The notes: generated from the letters alone by a model not told the origin. A stretch of 64,000 nucleotides of DNA from Candidatus Uhrbacteria bacterium RIFCSPLOWO2_01_FULL_47_17 (GCA_001791305.1 MGEI01000005.1:340208-404207), one strand, 5' to 3'. Positions 26,361 to 36,513 are shown, counted from the first letter of the stretch. A program made the numbers and translations.

Positions 26361-28211
26361 TTAAGGGGTTGGTGTTTCTGGATTCGTGATTGCTATTAGA
26401 GGATCTATTCCAACTAAACAAATTTTTGGAAGCGGGCGATAGTGTGAAGCAAAGATTTTGTCGATCTTTGTTCCGTCCGGATTTTCTATTGTATAGGTAA
26501 AAGATGCATCTGCCCCCTTGTGTGCTTCCTGACATTTTTCTTCTCCTGGTTTTAAGTTTGTTGAAGTTTGCACGATTTTTTCTCCGTAAGGAATCCATCG
26601 TGTGACAACAGGGGGTGTATAAGAACCTTTTCTTCCGTCAGATGTACCCCAGAATGTGAATTTTAATTCTTGTTTTGCGATGATATTTTCTGCCTGGAAG
26701 AGAATGTACTGTTCTGTGTTGTTTGTGAATTTAAAGTCTGGTGCCGGGTTGAAGATGGTGGCATCTGTTCCTGGGTTGTTGTTTGCAGGGTCGTTGTAGT
26801 AGGAAACAACGAGCGAGTGGTTTTGTCGTGTGACAATCGGGAGCCCGGAATGCATGGCGGCTCGAAAGGTAGTGGTTCCAATCTGACAAAGCCCCCCGCC
26901 AATATCCGGTTCAATTTTTGTTCCTTTGATTACGAGTTCTGGAAAATATCCATTTGCAAGCGTGAAAGGCTTGAGGGAATCAAGAAGGGAAAATGTTTCT
27001 CCTGGAGCAATCAATAATCCATTTAAGAGATTGACACCATTTTGAATATTTAGTTTTCGGTTCTTTGGGCTGTTTTTATAATTGGATATTCCGTACCCAA
27101 GAATTTCTGTGATGCCAATATTGTTAACATCCGCGGTTTTTACACTTGGTTTTTCTATGATGGTTGCGATTTCAATGGGGTTTGTGGATCCTTGGGTGAT
27201 TTGTGCAAGGGTGTCTTGAAAAAGTTTGTCTTGATCAATGATGTGTCCATCTTTGCTTTCCGCAAATTTTTCTGCGCGACTTCCTTTGATTTCAAATCGG
27301 GCATTTTGTGCAGGGACGTTTACGTCTTTCATGATGGGCTCAAGGAATTTGTTGAATGCAACCTTGTCCATGCTCACTGTTCCTTCTGGTGTTGGAATCA
27401 ATAAGGTCGCAAGAACGTGGGCGCTTAATTTCCATGAGTCCACCGTTCCGTCTTCCTGTTTATAGACAAGGCGATAGGGAGCTGCCATTAAAATAGCGCG
27501 TACGATGGGAACTTCTTGTCGCGCGACTTCTTCGGACACGAGCGGTTTACGCTCGGTGCGAATGAGATCAACGGGATCCGTACTGAGTGTTTCAAATGCT
27601 TTTGAGAGGGATTTTGCAAAGATTTCCTCATCCATCTGATCACCAGAGACTCCAGGTTTTACATCAATATCCCAATCCGTTCCTGCGGGTTTGATGAGAA
27701 AGGATGTTTCGGAAGCAAGGTGTTCTTCTGAGGCAAAAAGCGCATGCAGAGATTGATTCAATTCCCGTGTTTGAATCGTAAAACGCATGGCAGTACGGAA
27801 TGGACGGATGAGTGCGTACAAAATTTTACTCGTGTTGATAATAGGGTTTGCATCATGACGAACAAATTCGGTTGTCTTAAGTGTTTGGTCTAAATCGAAA
27901 TTCACGTACTCGATAAGATCAGAACCAATCAAGGTTGAAAGAGGAAGATTTTTTGTTTCGCCATTAAAGCGTATATTGACGCCGTGAGTGAGCAACTCAT
28001 CTGTGCGTTTTTGCAAAATTTCTCTGGCTTGTTCAGGAGTTTTGCGTCCAATATCAAGCGCGCCAATAAAAACATTCGGAGCAATCACTCCGTTATATTT
28101 TTCCGCATACGTCCATGCTCCCCAGCCGAGTCCGGTAAGGATAAGAACACTCGCCGCAACTCCACCCGCGACGTATTTCAAGAAGTGTCTTTGTTTTTGT
28201 TCCTCGTTCAT
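26361..28211 (-). CDS. VanW-family protein with an N-terminal transmembrane helix and a peptidoglycan-binding-like region
   Basis: Conserved VanW core (GETFSLLDSL...GGGLCQIGTTTFRAAMHSGLPIVTRQNHS). Confidence 0.7.
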   Translation of the reverse strand: MNEEQKQRHFLKYVAGGVAASVLILTGLGWGAWTYAEKYNGVIAPNVFIGALDIGRKTPEQAREILQKRTDELLTHGVNIRFNGETKNLPLSTLIGSDLIEYVNFDLDQTLKTTEFVRHDANPIINTSKILYALIRPFRTAMRFTIQTRELNQSLHALFASEEHLASETSFLIKPAGTDWDIDVKPGVSGDQMDEEIFAKSLSKAFETLSTDPVDLIRTERKPLVSEEVARQEVPIVRAILMAAPYRLVYKQEDGTVDSWKLSAHVLATLLIPTPEGTVSMDKVAFNKFLEPIMKDVNVPAQNARFEIKGSRAEKFAESKDGHIIDQDKLFQDTLAQITQGSTNPIEIATIIEKPSVKTADVNNIGITEILGYGISNYKNSPKNRKLNIQNGVNLLNGLLIAPGETFSLLDSLKPFTLANGYFPELVIKGTKIEPDIGGGLCQIGTTTFRAAMHSGLPIVTRQNHSLVVSYYNDPANNNPGTDATIFNPAPDFKFTNNTEQYILFQAENIIAKQELKFTFWGTSDGRKGSYTPPVVTRWIPYGEKIVQTSTNLKPGEEKCQEAHKGADASFTYTIENPDGTKIDKIFASHYRPLPKICLVGIDPLIAITNPETPTP

Positions 28212-28213
28212 AG

Positions 28214-28612
28214 TTATAAATCATCCAAATCTAAAATGCTTATTGGTTTATCTTGTTCTATTTTTTTGAGGCGGATGAGGAGGACGCCTTTTTTCAGAAC
28301 GGCGTCGACGGAATTTGGATCCACGTGACTCGGGAGAATGATGGAGCGCGAAAACGCACCCCAGTGACATTCTTGCACGTGTGTTTTTCCGCGTGCGAAT
28401 TCCGAAATTTCATGTGCACGCGTCCCGCGGATGGTGAGTGTATCTTCGTGAAGCGTAATGTCAAGATCTTCTGCGTTTACGCCTGCAATTGCGGATCGCA
28501 CAACAATTTCGCGCGCAGTTTCCATCACATCAACCGAAAGCTGGCCTTCATTTTGGGCAAACCAAGAAGCATCGGTGAAATCATTTTGGATGTGCTCACG
28601 AAGCGGTGACAT
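28214..28612 (-). CDS. Hsp20/alpha-crystallin family small heat-shock protein
   Basis: ACD core (VDVMETAREIVVRSAIAGVNAEDLDITLHEDTLTIRG, then GAFSRSIILP...AVLKKGVLLIRL). Confidence 0.8.
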   Translation of the reverse strand: MSPLREHIQNDFTDASWFAQNEGQLSVDVMETAREIVVRSAIAGVNAEDLDITLHEDTLTIRGTRAHEISEFARGKTHVQECHWGAFSRSIILPSHVDPNSVDAVLKKGVLLIRLKKIEQDKPISILDLDDL

Positions 28613-28625
28613 AGATAACTCTATT

Positions 28626-29417
28626 TTACCCGTTTTTTTTCTCTTGCGCCAGCGTTTCCATCTTTCCCGAAACCGACCAAAGCAGTTCGAAGATTTGTTC
28701 GATCATCTCGCGAATGGTTTTGCTTGTGATCATCACGTGCGAGCCTTCGGATTTAGTCGAGAAAATGGCGACCGTGTCGTCCCAGAAGAGGATTGAGGCT
28801 TGGAATGAGAGGTCGGCGGGAAGAAATCGAGCTTCACGTAATTCTCGAGCATGCGTTGCGGAGCTGTACTGTTTAATTTCCTGTGATCGCACACGCAAAC
28901 TTTTCAATTTAATTCCTTTTTGTACACGTCGCTTCGAATAATGGAATTTTTCTCCAATAACATCTTGAAATTCTTTTGCCGAGACAATCTCATAAACGAT
29001 TTTCGATTTTGCGTTCAAGGATTCATTGAGAATATCCGTCACACGTTCGCGCTCGAAAATCTTAATGCGAGCCTGTTCGAGCGTTTCTGTTTTGAGTGAT
29101 GCAAGGAGGGGTAAAATTCCCGCAACAGATTTGGCCTGTTCGGTCAGAAGCGTTTTGAAGACGTCTGGGTGGTGTGCTTGAAACACGCTGCGTGATTTAT
29201 TTTTTGTGACATCAACTACGCCTTTCTTTACGAGGCGCTGCATTGTGGACTGGATTGTAGTGACAGGCAGGGAGAGTTTTCGAGAAAGGGGAGTGAGTGT
29301 CGTGGAACCCATCTCGAGGAGCGCAAGGTAAACATACTCATCTTTTGGATTGAATCCAAAGCTGGTAAGAACCTCGGTGATTTCTTGTTTTTGTTTGGAA
29401 GTGAATGTGTTTGGCAT
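28626..29417 (-). CDS. TrmB-family transcriptional regulator
   Basis: N-terminal wHTH (YVYLALLEMGSTTLTPLSRKLSLPVTTIQSTMQRLVKKGVV) and a TrmB-like C-terminal region. Confidence 0.55.
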   Translation of the reverse strand: MPNTFTSKQKQEITEVLTSFGFNPKDEYVYLALLEMGSTTLTPLSRKLSLPVTTIQSTMQRLVKKGVVDVTKNKSRSVFQAHHPDVFKTLLTEQAKSVAGILPLLASLKTETLEQARIKIFERERVTDILNESLNAKSKIVYEIVSAKEFQDVIGEKFHYSKRRVQKGIKLKSLRVRSQEIKQYSSATHARELREARFLPADLSFQASILFWDDTVAIFSTKSEGSHVMITSKTIREMIEQIFELLWSVSGKMETLAQEKKNG

Positions 29418-29611
29418 ATGAAAATACTAATTACGAAAAAAATCGTAACAAATTTTTGCATCTTCGTCAACCAATTTAGCAAAATTTTGTTGAATACAAA
29501 ATAAAACTGCGAATTTTTATCGCGTAAAGCGTTCACCTCGATTATTCTGTCGTTGTGAGTGATCGAACGCGGTCGCCCACACGGAATTGTTCCTTACAAC
29601 AGAGGTGAATC

Positions 29612-29872
29612 ATGAAAGTTTTGCGAAAGGGCCGGCCGCAAAGCGGTTGGGCTTCGGAGTTCGAGTGTACGGGCAAGGGCAATGGTGGCGGCGGGTGCCG
29701 TGCGAAGCTGCTTGTTGAGTTCTCGGATCTCTACAAGACATATCATGAGTCTTATGACGGCAGTCGTGAAACATACGTGACATTTCAATGTCCCGAATGC
29801 CATATTCAAACGGATATTGATTACCGTGGACCGGGTTACAGCCTGATTCCAGATCGTCGGAGGGTGTCGTGA
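29612..29872 (+). CDS. Zinc-ribbon microprotein, paralogue 1 (86 aa)
   Basis: Starts MKVLRKG; Cys pairs C..C(RAKLLVEFSDL) and CPEC. SD agaggtg. Confidence 0.5.
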   Translation: MKVLRKGRPQSGWASEFECTGKGNGGGGCRAKLLVEFSDLYKTYHESYDGSRETYVTFQCPECHIQTDIDYRGPGYSLIPDRRRVS

Positions 29873-30117
29873 AGTTGCTCAAGAAAGGCTCCAAGTTATG
29901 GAAGTCTGAATGTGTTTGTAAGGGGTGTGGCTCAAGACTCCTGGTCGAGTTTTCCGATCTGAAGCGTTTGACGTATGTCGGTGAGGATGAAGATTTTGTG
30001 AGTTGTTCCCAAACGTTTACCGAAATCTTTTTCATCTGTTCTGAATGTTCGCACAGGAATCTCATCAAGGTTGATCTGAATCCTTCGGACATTCCGCGCG
30101 TAAAAGGATCTTTATGA
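29869..30117 (+). CDS. Zinc-ribbon microprotein, paralogue 2 (82 aa)
   Basis: MKLLKKG, CVCKGCGSRLLVEFSDL, CSEC. The GTG start overlaps the TGA of paralogue 1 (GTGA). Confidence 0.5.
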   Translation: MKLLKKGSKLWKSECVCKGCGSRLLVEFSDLKRLTYVGEDEDFVSCSQTFTEIFFICSECSHRNLIKVDLNPSDIPRVKGSL

Positions 30118-30551
30118 TTCTCACCGTCGACATTCTGGTCACGATCGCACAAAAAGACGTTCTTCTCATTCGCCGTGCAAAGCACCCATTCGAAGACAGA
30201 CTTGTGATGCCGGGCGGACACGTTGAAGACGGAGAAGAACTCTGTGAGGCGGCGGCGCGGGAGCTTGAAGAAGAAACACGACTGACCGTTTCTTCGAAAG
30301 ACCTCTCGCCGCTCCTCGTCCTTAATGCGATCGATCGCGATCCTCGTCCTGGCCGTCGCGTTTCCTATGTGTTCTGGATCGACCTTGTTGATCGGACATT
30401 GGTTGAGACGTGTCGCGCCGAGAGTGATGCGAGAGAGATTGTGATTCGATCAATCGATTCGCTTGTCGAGTCGGAGATCGGGTTCGATCACTGGCTCGCG
30501 CTCGAAAAAATGAAAGAGGAGATTGCGCATGAAAGTGCTCGAGTATCCTGA
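30114..30551 (+). CDS. NUDIX hydrolase
   Basis: Nudix box GGHVEDGEELCEAAARELEEETRL. The ATG overlaps the stop of the preceding gene (ATGA). Confidence 0.8.
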   Translation: MILTVDILVTIAQKDVLLIRRAKHPFEDRLVMPGGHVEDGEELCEAAARELEEETRLTVSSKDLSPLLVLNAIDRDPRPGRRVSYVFWIDLVDRTLVETCRAESDAREIVIRSIDSLVESEIGFDHWLALEKMKEEIAHESARVS

Positions 30552-30780
30552 CATGACTTGGACAGAAGAAGTGGTATGCAAAAAATGCACTTCGCGGCTT
30601 CTCGTAGAGATACCAGACATTCTGCGTGAGAAATACCAACCTTTTCGATTCTACGCGAACTGTCCTGTCTGTCATGAATCCGTCTTCGCCGTGAAACCAC
30701 TTCCTTGGTACGTCGAGGCACACGCGCGAGGAAATCATGTTGGTTGGCCACCAGGAAAACACCCAAAACCACGAAACTAA
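30529..30780 (+). CDS. Zinc-ribbon microprotein, paralogue 3 (about 83 aa)
   Basis: MKVLEYP, CKKCTSRLLVEIPDIL, CPVC. SD gaggag; overlaps the 3' end of the Nudix gene. Confidence 0.5.
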   Translation: MKVLEYPDMTWTEEVVCKKCTSRLLVEIPDILREKYQPFRFYANCPVCHESVFAVKPLPWYVEAHARGNHVGWPPGKHPKPRN

Positions 30781-30815
30781 ACCCGAGAGGTTCACTCTCG
30801 GGTTCTTTTTTTTGA
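30781..30815 (+). terminator. Rho-independent terminator after the ZnR/Nudix operon
   Basis: aaacccgagaggttcactctcgggttctttttttt. Confidence 0.55.
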
Positions 30816-30859
30816 CGGCTCATGCGCTTCATGATACAGTCGCACGTACGGAGGTTCCT

Positions 30860-31579
30860 ATGAACGCACCTTTGACGAGCGAAACGTTTCGAACAATTCT
30901 TCGAACGTTCAGTGAAGACTGTTCGTTCATGAGTCTCTCGCACATGTGGCGAAAAAAACCAGAGTTTGCCGAATTGCTTGCATGGGCTCAGAAAAATAAA
31001 CCATCGAGTCTTACGATCTTGTTTGAAGAAATCGAAGCCTGTGGATGGCAAGCACTCGATTTGATTCATGCTTTGCTTGGTGAAAAGCATGAAGTCTTGT
31101 CGGAAACGTTTAGCATGCAGAATAATTACGATCAGAAAGTTTTGCGTTTATATCGTTTCGCCATGCGACAAGGATACAACACACCAAAGATTTTTACCGC
31201 GTATAGTATTCTTCATCAGAAGTTGAAGGTTGAACGTGAAATGGAACGAGTGATTGCGGATTTGGATTATCGTCGAGCAAATCGCACGTGGAAAAATTTG
31301 GATTGGATTCGTGTGCGTAAAAAATTCATGCGCATCGCCAAAAAATACCCCGCTCGATTTTTTGACTGCGCGTTGAATCACCACTTGCTTTTGAGAGGAT
31401 TCCGTTCAGTAGAACCGGATGCGGAATTGGTTCAACTTCTTTCTGATGTGATGGCGACGATCATTCCTGCGCCACCGAAACTTGCGCGGGCAAAAACCCC
31501 CGCAGAAATCTACTACGCGTGGTTTCGACGAAACAGTCATGACGACGAAGGAAATTACACCGGCTTCACCAAGAACTGA
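30860..31579 (+). CDS. Hypothetical protein (about 240 aa)
   Basis: Start MNAPLTSETF (M42 of the listed ORF). No recognisable motif. Confidence 0.45.
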   Translation: MNAPLTSETFRTILRTFSEDCSFMSLSHMWRKKPEFAELLAWAQKNKPSSLTILFEEIEACGWQALDLIHALLGEKHEVLSETFSMQNNYDQKVLRLYRFAMRQGYNTPKIFTAYSILHQKLKVEREMERVIADLDYRRANRTWKNLDWIRVRKKFMRIAKKYPARFFDCALNHHLLLRGFRSVEPDAELVQLLSDVMATIIPAPPKLARAKTPAEIYYAWFRRNSHDDEGNYTGFTKN

Positions 31580-31629
31580 ACACATCAGTTCTTTTTTCAT
31601 TTCAAAACCTCGAGATTACCCCGAGGTTT

Positions 31630-32031
31630 TTAAATGGCGAATTTGAGGAATTTTTTGTCTGACGCGCGAATTCCTGCAATGATGTCGTGCTTCAGGTCTA
31701 AGAATTTGGCGTCCAGTCGATCTGTAAAATGTATAAACTGATCTTTGGTCGCCATTTCACAGCGAATGTCGTGGATGGTTTGATCAAATTCTGTTTTTGT
31801 AACCGCGGTTTCAACCATGAATTCAAATCGTTCTTGTATTTCACTGAATTGTTCATTTGTTTCTGATCGAAAATCATTGAATTCAGAACGAAAATCAGTC
31901 ATTTCTGATTTGATACCAGTGATCTCCGACTTCATTCCGGTCATTTCAGTTTTCATGGATTGCAAAACATCCAAAATTTGGACATTAGTTTGTTCGAGTC
32001 GATCAAGTTTTGTATTGAGGATGTTGTCCAT
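31630..32031 (-). CDS. Coiled-coil hypothetical protein (133 aa) with repeated MTGMKSEITGIKSEMTDFRSE heptad-like segments
   Basis: ORF with internal tandem sequence repeats. Confidence 0.45.
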   Translation of the reverse strand: MDNILNTKLDRLEQTNVQILDVLQSMKTEMTGMKSEITGIKSEMTDFRSEFNDFRSETNEQFSEIQERFEFMVETAVTKTEFDQTIHDIRCEMATKDQFIHFTDRLDAKFLDLKHDIIAGIRASDKKFLKFAI

Positions 32032-32130
32032 AAATTTTATGTCGAAATGTTTTTCTTCACCTCTTCATTTCAACAAAAAAATTTGCGTTTGTCAATGCCT
32101 GCCTGCCGGCAGGCAGGGATATCTTGTGGA

Positions 32131-32823
32131 TTATTTTATCGAATATCGTCTCAGCCATTCGTACATGGGACCGATCGTAAATCCGACGACACCGGCCCAT
32201 AAAATTTCTTCAAGCGGGATGCCACCAAGGATAAACTTTGAGAGGGTTTCCCATTCCCAATAGTTTGTAGCGATGTTTGGGAACAATCGAATAAAAAATA
32301 ATTGTTCGACGATGAAAATAAGGGCAGCGGTCATGAGTCCAGAAAGCAGCGCATCAACAAGAAGATCGTTTCGACTTGCAATGATGTACACGCCTATCAT
32401 TGCACCTCCAAAGAGGATGGCTTGAATCGGAGCGATTGAAAATAAAACGATTGCTCCAAGTGACAGACAGATCCAAGCGCCGAGCGCAAGAATCAGATGC
32501 GCCATCCAATGGGCGACCGGATTTTTTAAGCGCAGACGATCGCCTTTAAATGTGTGAACATGCTTTCCGAGAAGCACATGATAAATAATGGACGCGATTC
32601 CAAAAAGGGAAAAACTAAACAACAAATCTTCAATGCCAAACGTGAGCGGCTGATCGGGAACAATCGCACGATAACTTGAACCTGCAATGAGCAAAAGGGC
32701 AGGGGCGAGCACGAGTCCAACGATACTCATGATCGTTTGTTCTTTGCGTGTTTCTTTTGAGACGAATAAAAATAGGAGCCAGACAAGAAACAAAATAAGA
32801 GAAGAAAAAAAGAATGGGGTCAT
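32131..32823 (-). CDS. Polytopic membrane protein (230 aa), function unknown
   Basis: About 7 hydrophobic helices. Confidence 0.5.
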   Translation of the reverse strand: MTPFFFSSLILFLVWLLFLFVSKETRKEQTIMSIVGLVLAPALLLIAGSSYRAIVPDQPLTFGIEDLLFSFSLFGIASIIYHVLLGKHVHTFKGDRLRLKNPVAHWMAHLILALGAWICLSLGAIVLFSIAPIQAILFGGAMIGVYIIASRNDLLVDALLSGLMTAALIFIVEQLFFIRLFPNIATNYWEWETLSKFILGGIPLEEILWAGVVGFTIGPMYEWLRRYSIK

Positions 32824-32935
32824 AGATGATTATAGTATAGAGGAGATGGCGACTTTTTCCAATGTGTTTTTTAACAAAAAAACAGGACAAGAGCAAAATC
32901 TGCTTCTTCGTTGAATTACGAAGTGAGAGGGAGTC

Positions 32936-33913
32936 ATGCCGCTTGTTATGCATGTGAATCCAGAAGCATTTCCGATCACATGGGATCAGTTTTGCGAGAG
33001 CACTCCGCCATACTCCATCGCTCTTGATGGATATGTGAGCGACGTCTCTTTGTTTGATGCCTCTGCACCTCGCGCAAACTTCGATCATCACAGTTTGAAC
33101 AAGAATGATTCAACGAAACGGGATTTTCCCGGAAAACGAATCGATCGGCTCATCACGCGCGCGACGTGCGGACAGCTGCTCATCGCGATTCGGACAGGAT
33201 TGCTTCAATGTTTTCGCGATGAAAGCGGAGTGCGTGCGGAATTGTATGTGCTTGATGGAGATCAAGATGTTTGTACCTCTTGGCACCTTGTGAAACATTC
33301 TGAGCAAATCGAACGGGAATACAATCCTCGTCTCAATCGACTTGTGTCGCTTGAGGACACGCTCGATTGTTTCGGTGGTGCCTATCCACTCCCGATCGAT
33401 CTTCCGGATCTGCAAGAGCTCGCATGGGTTTTTGAACCGTATACGAATTTTCGATTGTCTGGAGGGGTTGATCGAAAGAATGGAAATGAATTTGTTTCCA
33501 TGATTCAAGAAACCGAACAGCGCATTTGTTTGTACGTGAAGGAAGAAGGATCTTCGATTCCGCTTCAGACCAAGTACGACATTATTTCCAGTGGAATTGG
33601 TTGGTACATGGTGCATGAAGAAGGAGCTCAGGCCCGTACGGCGATGGTGGCAGACGGTATTCGGGCGTTCATTTCTGTGCGAGAGCGTGGAGATGGACGT
33701 TATACATATACGGTTGCACGCACCGCTCCATTTGTTCGATTCTCTGTTCCTACCATCCTGGACGCGCTCAATGCGGCCGAAGGGTGCACGCTCGATCGTT
33801 GGGGTGGATCCGACACGATCGGTGGAAGCCCGCACGTTGCGGGGAGCAAGCTGAATCCGGAAGAAGTCAAAGACATCGTCGATCACGTCCTTTCGCTTTG
33901 CAGATATCCTTAG
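32936..33913 (+). CDS. Hypothetical protein (325 aa), possibly a distant DHH-like phosphoesterase
   Basis: An FDHHS motif near the N-terminus and a Gly-rich C-terminal motif DTIGGSPHVAGS. Weak evidence. Confidence 0.4.
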   Translation: MPLVMHVNPEAFPITWDQFCESTPPYSIALDGYVSDVSLFDASAPRANFDHHSLNKNDSTKRDFPGKRIDRLITRATCGQLLIAIRTGLLQCFRDESGVRAELYVLDGDQDVCTSWHLVKHSEQIEREYNPRLNRLVSLEDTLDCFGGAYPLPIDLPDLQELAWVFEPYTNFRLSGGVDRKNGNEFVSMIQETEQRICLYVKEEGSSIPLQTKYDIISSGIGWYMVHEEGAQARTAMVADGIRAFISVRERGDGRYTYTVARTAPFVRFSVPTILDALNAAEGCTLDRWGGSDTIGGSPHVAGSKLNPEEVKDIVDHVLSLCRYP

Positions 33914-33967
33914 ACCCGAACCTCGGGTCTTTTTTCTTTTTCGGTTTTCTGCTTTACTACCTTTACT

Positions 33968-34582
33968 ATGTTCACCGGAATCATCAAAGGCAAATTTCCC
34001 GTTGTTTCGATTGCGGATCGCGAAGGATTGCGATCGTTTATTGTTCAATTATCGCCTGAGCTTGTCGAAGGCCTTTCGACAGGCGCATCTGTTGCGATCG
34101 ACGGCGTTTGTTTTACGGTGACGCAGATCGATGGCACACGCGTCTCGTTCGATGCGATGGAAGAGACGTTGCGAAAAACGACGATCGGTTCGCTCAAAGA
34201 AAACGATCACGTAAACATCGAACGCTCGGCGCGCATAGGAGATGAAATTGGTGGACATGTGATGTCGGGGCATGTCTCGACCATGGCGGAGATTGTTGCG
34301 GTGAACGAAACAGAAAATAATAAAGCGGTGACGTTCAAGGTGTCACCCGAGTGGATGCGATTTATTTTCTCGAAAGGATTTATTTCTCTCGACGGTGCAT
34401 CACTCACGGTTGTCGATGCAGACAAGATAAACGGAACATTTCAAGTCTGGTTTATTCCCGAGACATTACGAATCACAAAATTTGGAGAGAAGGGAATTGG
34501 AGATCGTGTAAATCTCGAAATCGATCCACAGACGCAAGTCATCGTCGAGACCGTTGAGAATTACTTGAGACAACAGCGATAA
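33968..34582 (+). CDS. ribE: Riboflavin synthase alpha subunit
   Basis: MFTGIIKG...; duplicated lumazine-binding half-domains. Confidence 0.85.
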   Translation: MFTGIIKGKFPVVSIADREGLRSFIVQLSPELVEGLSTGASVAIDGVCFTVTQIDGTRVSFDAMEETLRKTTIGSLKENDHVNIERSARIGDEIGGHVMSGHVSTMAEIVAVNETENNKAVTFKVSPEWMRFIFSKGFISLDGASLTVVDADKINGTFQVWFIPETLRITKFGEKGIGDRVNLEIDPQTQVIVETVENYLRQQR

Positions 34583-34594
34583 AAATAAAAAAAG

Positions 34595-34640
34595 ATCCCC
34601 CTTCACTCACTCTTCCACTCCATCACTCTTTCACTTTTCC
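34595..34640. repeat. GTGA-rich palindromic element, single-arm copy (copy 2 of 4), just upstream of ribH
   Basis: cccttcactcactcttccactccatcactctttcacttttccc matches the right arm of the element at 46310 and 55755. Confidence 0.45.
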
Positions 34641-34643
34641 CTT

Positions 34644-35045
34644 ATGTCCCACCGCATCGCTCTCGTCCTCGGATCATTTCACAAAAAAGAAGCAGACGAC
34701 ATGTTGGTCGTGGCTCATGAAACAGCGCTCGAGAATCATCTCGAAATTGTCGAGATCGTTTGGGTTCCAGGTTCCATGGAAGCGCCGCTCGCACTCAAGC
34801 GCTTGCTGATGCGCGACGACATCGACGCAGCTGTCGCGCTCGGCATTATCGAGCGCGGAGAAACCAAGCACGGGCTCGTGATGGGAGAAGTTGTGTATGA
34901 CGCAATCATTCGCCTTCAACTCGAGTTCATGAAACCAATCGGCTTCGGAATTCTCGGACCGGAAATTTTGCCGGAGCAGATCGAGAAGCGTGTAAAACCG
35001 TACGCACGCGCTGCGGTTGAGGCGGCGGCGAAAATGCTTGCATAA
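34644..35045 (+). CDS. ribH: 6,7-dimethyl-8-ribityllumazine synthase
   Basis: IALVLGSFHKKEADDML...VPGSMEAPL; 133 aa. Confidence 0.8.
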   Translation: MSHRIALVLGSFHKKEADDMLVVAHETALENHLEIVEIVWVPGSMEAPLALKRLLMRDDIDAAVALGIIERGETKHGLVMGEVVYDAIIRLQLEFMKPIGFGILGPEILPEQIEKRVKPYARAAVEAAAKMLA

Positions 35046-35153
35046 CTATTGACAAAATCACAAAAAGCCGATACGCTCGCGGAAGTTCTTTTTCGCGGGT
35101 GTTTTGTTTTCGATGGTCGAAAATGAATTACGCGCATTGTGTGTGAGGCGAAC

Positions 35154-36260
35154 ATGTCTTCTTCATATCCGAGACTCATGAGCGTTGATGGTCTGTCGAT
35201 TGGTGTCAATCTTCCGTACAGGCAGATGCATGGCGGACGGGGACTTGCCGCGTTTGCACCGCACATGGTTCACAACGTGGCAGACTTCAAGGAGTCGCCG
35301 CAAGGGTGGCCGCGCGCAGTCGGAGAAAAAGAAGCTTCGTACTTTACGGGCGTGATGGATGACCGCGAGATGTGGTTTGACTTCAAAGCCATGAATCAGC
35401 ATCCGCATTTCGTTGCGATCGCCGTGATTGTGCAGCGCGTGAATGCGGTGAGCGGTCGCAAGGCGGAGCATGTCTACCTTGAACAGTACAAGACCACGTG
35501 TCCGAATCACGACATCGCGTTTGAGTCGGAACGCTACTGCCCGGAATGCAAATTCAAGTGGCCGGCTCAGAACTACGTGACGAATGTGGTTGGAGGTGGT
35601 GAGTTCTGGCTCGACGGTTGGCGCAGCCAGGATGGCGAGATTCGTCAGTTCGTGTTTGCGGATGTCGAGGCTGGTCTCGGTGTCGCACAGCAACTGATCG
35701 GCGAGGAACGCACGGCAGACATTCGATTCGCAGTCTTCCTTTCGAAGAACCCGAAGCCGGTTTCGCCGCGTATGGATGTGTTGCGTCGAGGGATCGGGAG
35801 TCCGATCGTCACCGCACATCAGCAGCACTATGGCACTCTTGGCGGACACGATCTCGAATCGTTTGGTTCACAAACGAAGGGTGGTTTCGAAGTTCACACC
35901 ATGCTTTACAACAGTCCCGCTGTTGCCATGGGAACGCGTTCCATGGATCCCGCATCGGTGACCCTTGGTGGTGGTGAGGAGAGGGGGATCCCGTTTTGCG
36001 ACGATCTCGCAGAATCGGTCGGTACCATGCGTCGCATTGGCGCTCCGGTGAAGCAAGAGGTTTCGTTCGGTCGCGCGGTGGATCAGAAGATTCACGCGGA
36101 TCCGAACGACATCGACTTCTGGCAGTCGGAACCTGCCGCGGTCATCATGCTCACGCCCGCACCTGCGGATTGGGTGGCAACGGTCACGCGCAACGGCGCT
36201 ACCGTTGATCGCACGAAAGGCGGCATGGGTCCGCTTGCGGGAATCAAAGGCGTTGGCTAA
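35154..36260 (+). CDS. Hypothetical protein with a CxxH...CxxC motif (about 368 aa), island gene 1
   Basis: SD gagg before the MSSSYPRL start; TTCPNHD...YCPECKF. High GC. Confidence 0.5.
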   Translation: MSSSYPRLMSVDGLSIGVNLPYRQMHGGRGLAAFAPHMVHNVADFKESPQGWPRAVGEKEASYFTGVMDDREMWFDFKAMNQHPHFVAIAVIVQRVNAVSGRKAEHVYLEQYKTTCPNHDIAFESERYCPECKFKWPAQNYVTNVVGGGEFWLDGWRSQDGEIRQFVFADVEAGLGVAQQLIGEERTADIRFAVFLSKNPKPVSPRMDVLRRGIGSPIVTAHQQHYGTLGGHDLESFGSQTKGGFEVHTMLYNSPAVAMGTRSMDPASVTLGGGEERGIPFCDDLAESVGTMRRIGAPVKQEVSFGRAVDQKIHADPNDIDFWQSEPAAVIMLTPAPADWVATVTRNGATVDRTKGGMGPLAGIKGVG

Positions 36261-36302
36261 GACACGACTTCTTGAAAGCTGAAAGGCTTTCTTTTTTTGT
36301 TC

Positions 36303-36345
36303 TTGACAATTCTGTAGTATGTGTACATACTACACTATGTGACAG
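36303..36345 (+). promoter_or_regulatory. Strong sigma70-type promoter, copy A of a duplicated about 45-bp promoter module
   Basis: ttgacaattctgtagtatgtgtacatactacactatgtgacag, near-identical to 37825-37870. Confidence 0.45.
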
Positions 36346-36513
36346 GTGTTGCCTGGAAAATAGACAAGAAACCCTTGACGAATTCCAAATACGCGGCTAG
36401 TCTGCTGTATTGGTGAGCGGCTTTTAGGAGATTCACTCGAGTCTCTTGAAAGCCGTTCGTCAACAAACGCTGTGTTTGCCTCGTCGTTCGGTGTTTCAGC
36501 TAGGAGAAGTTCC

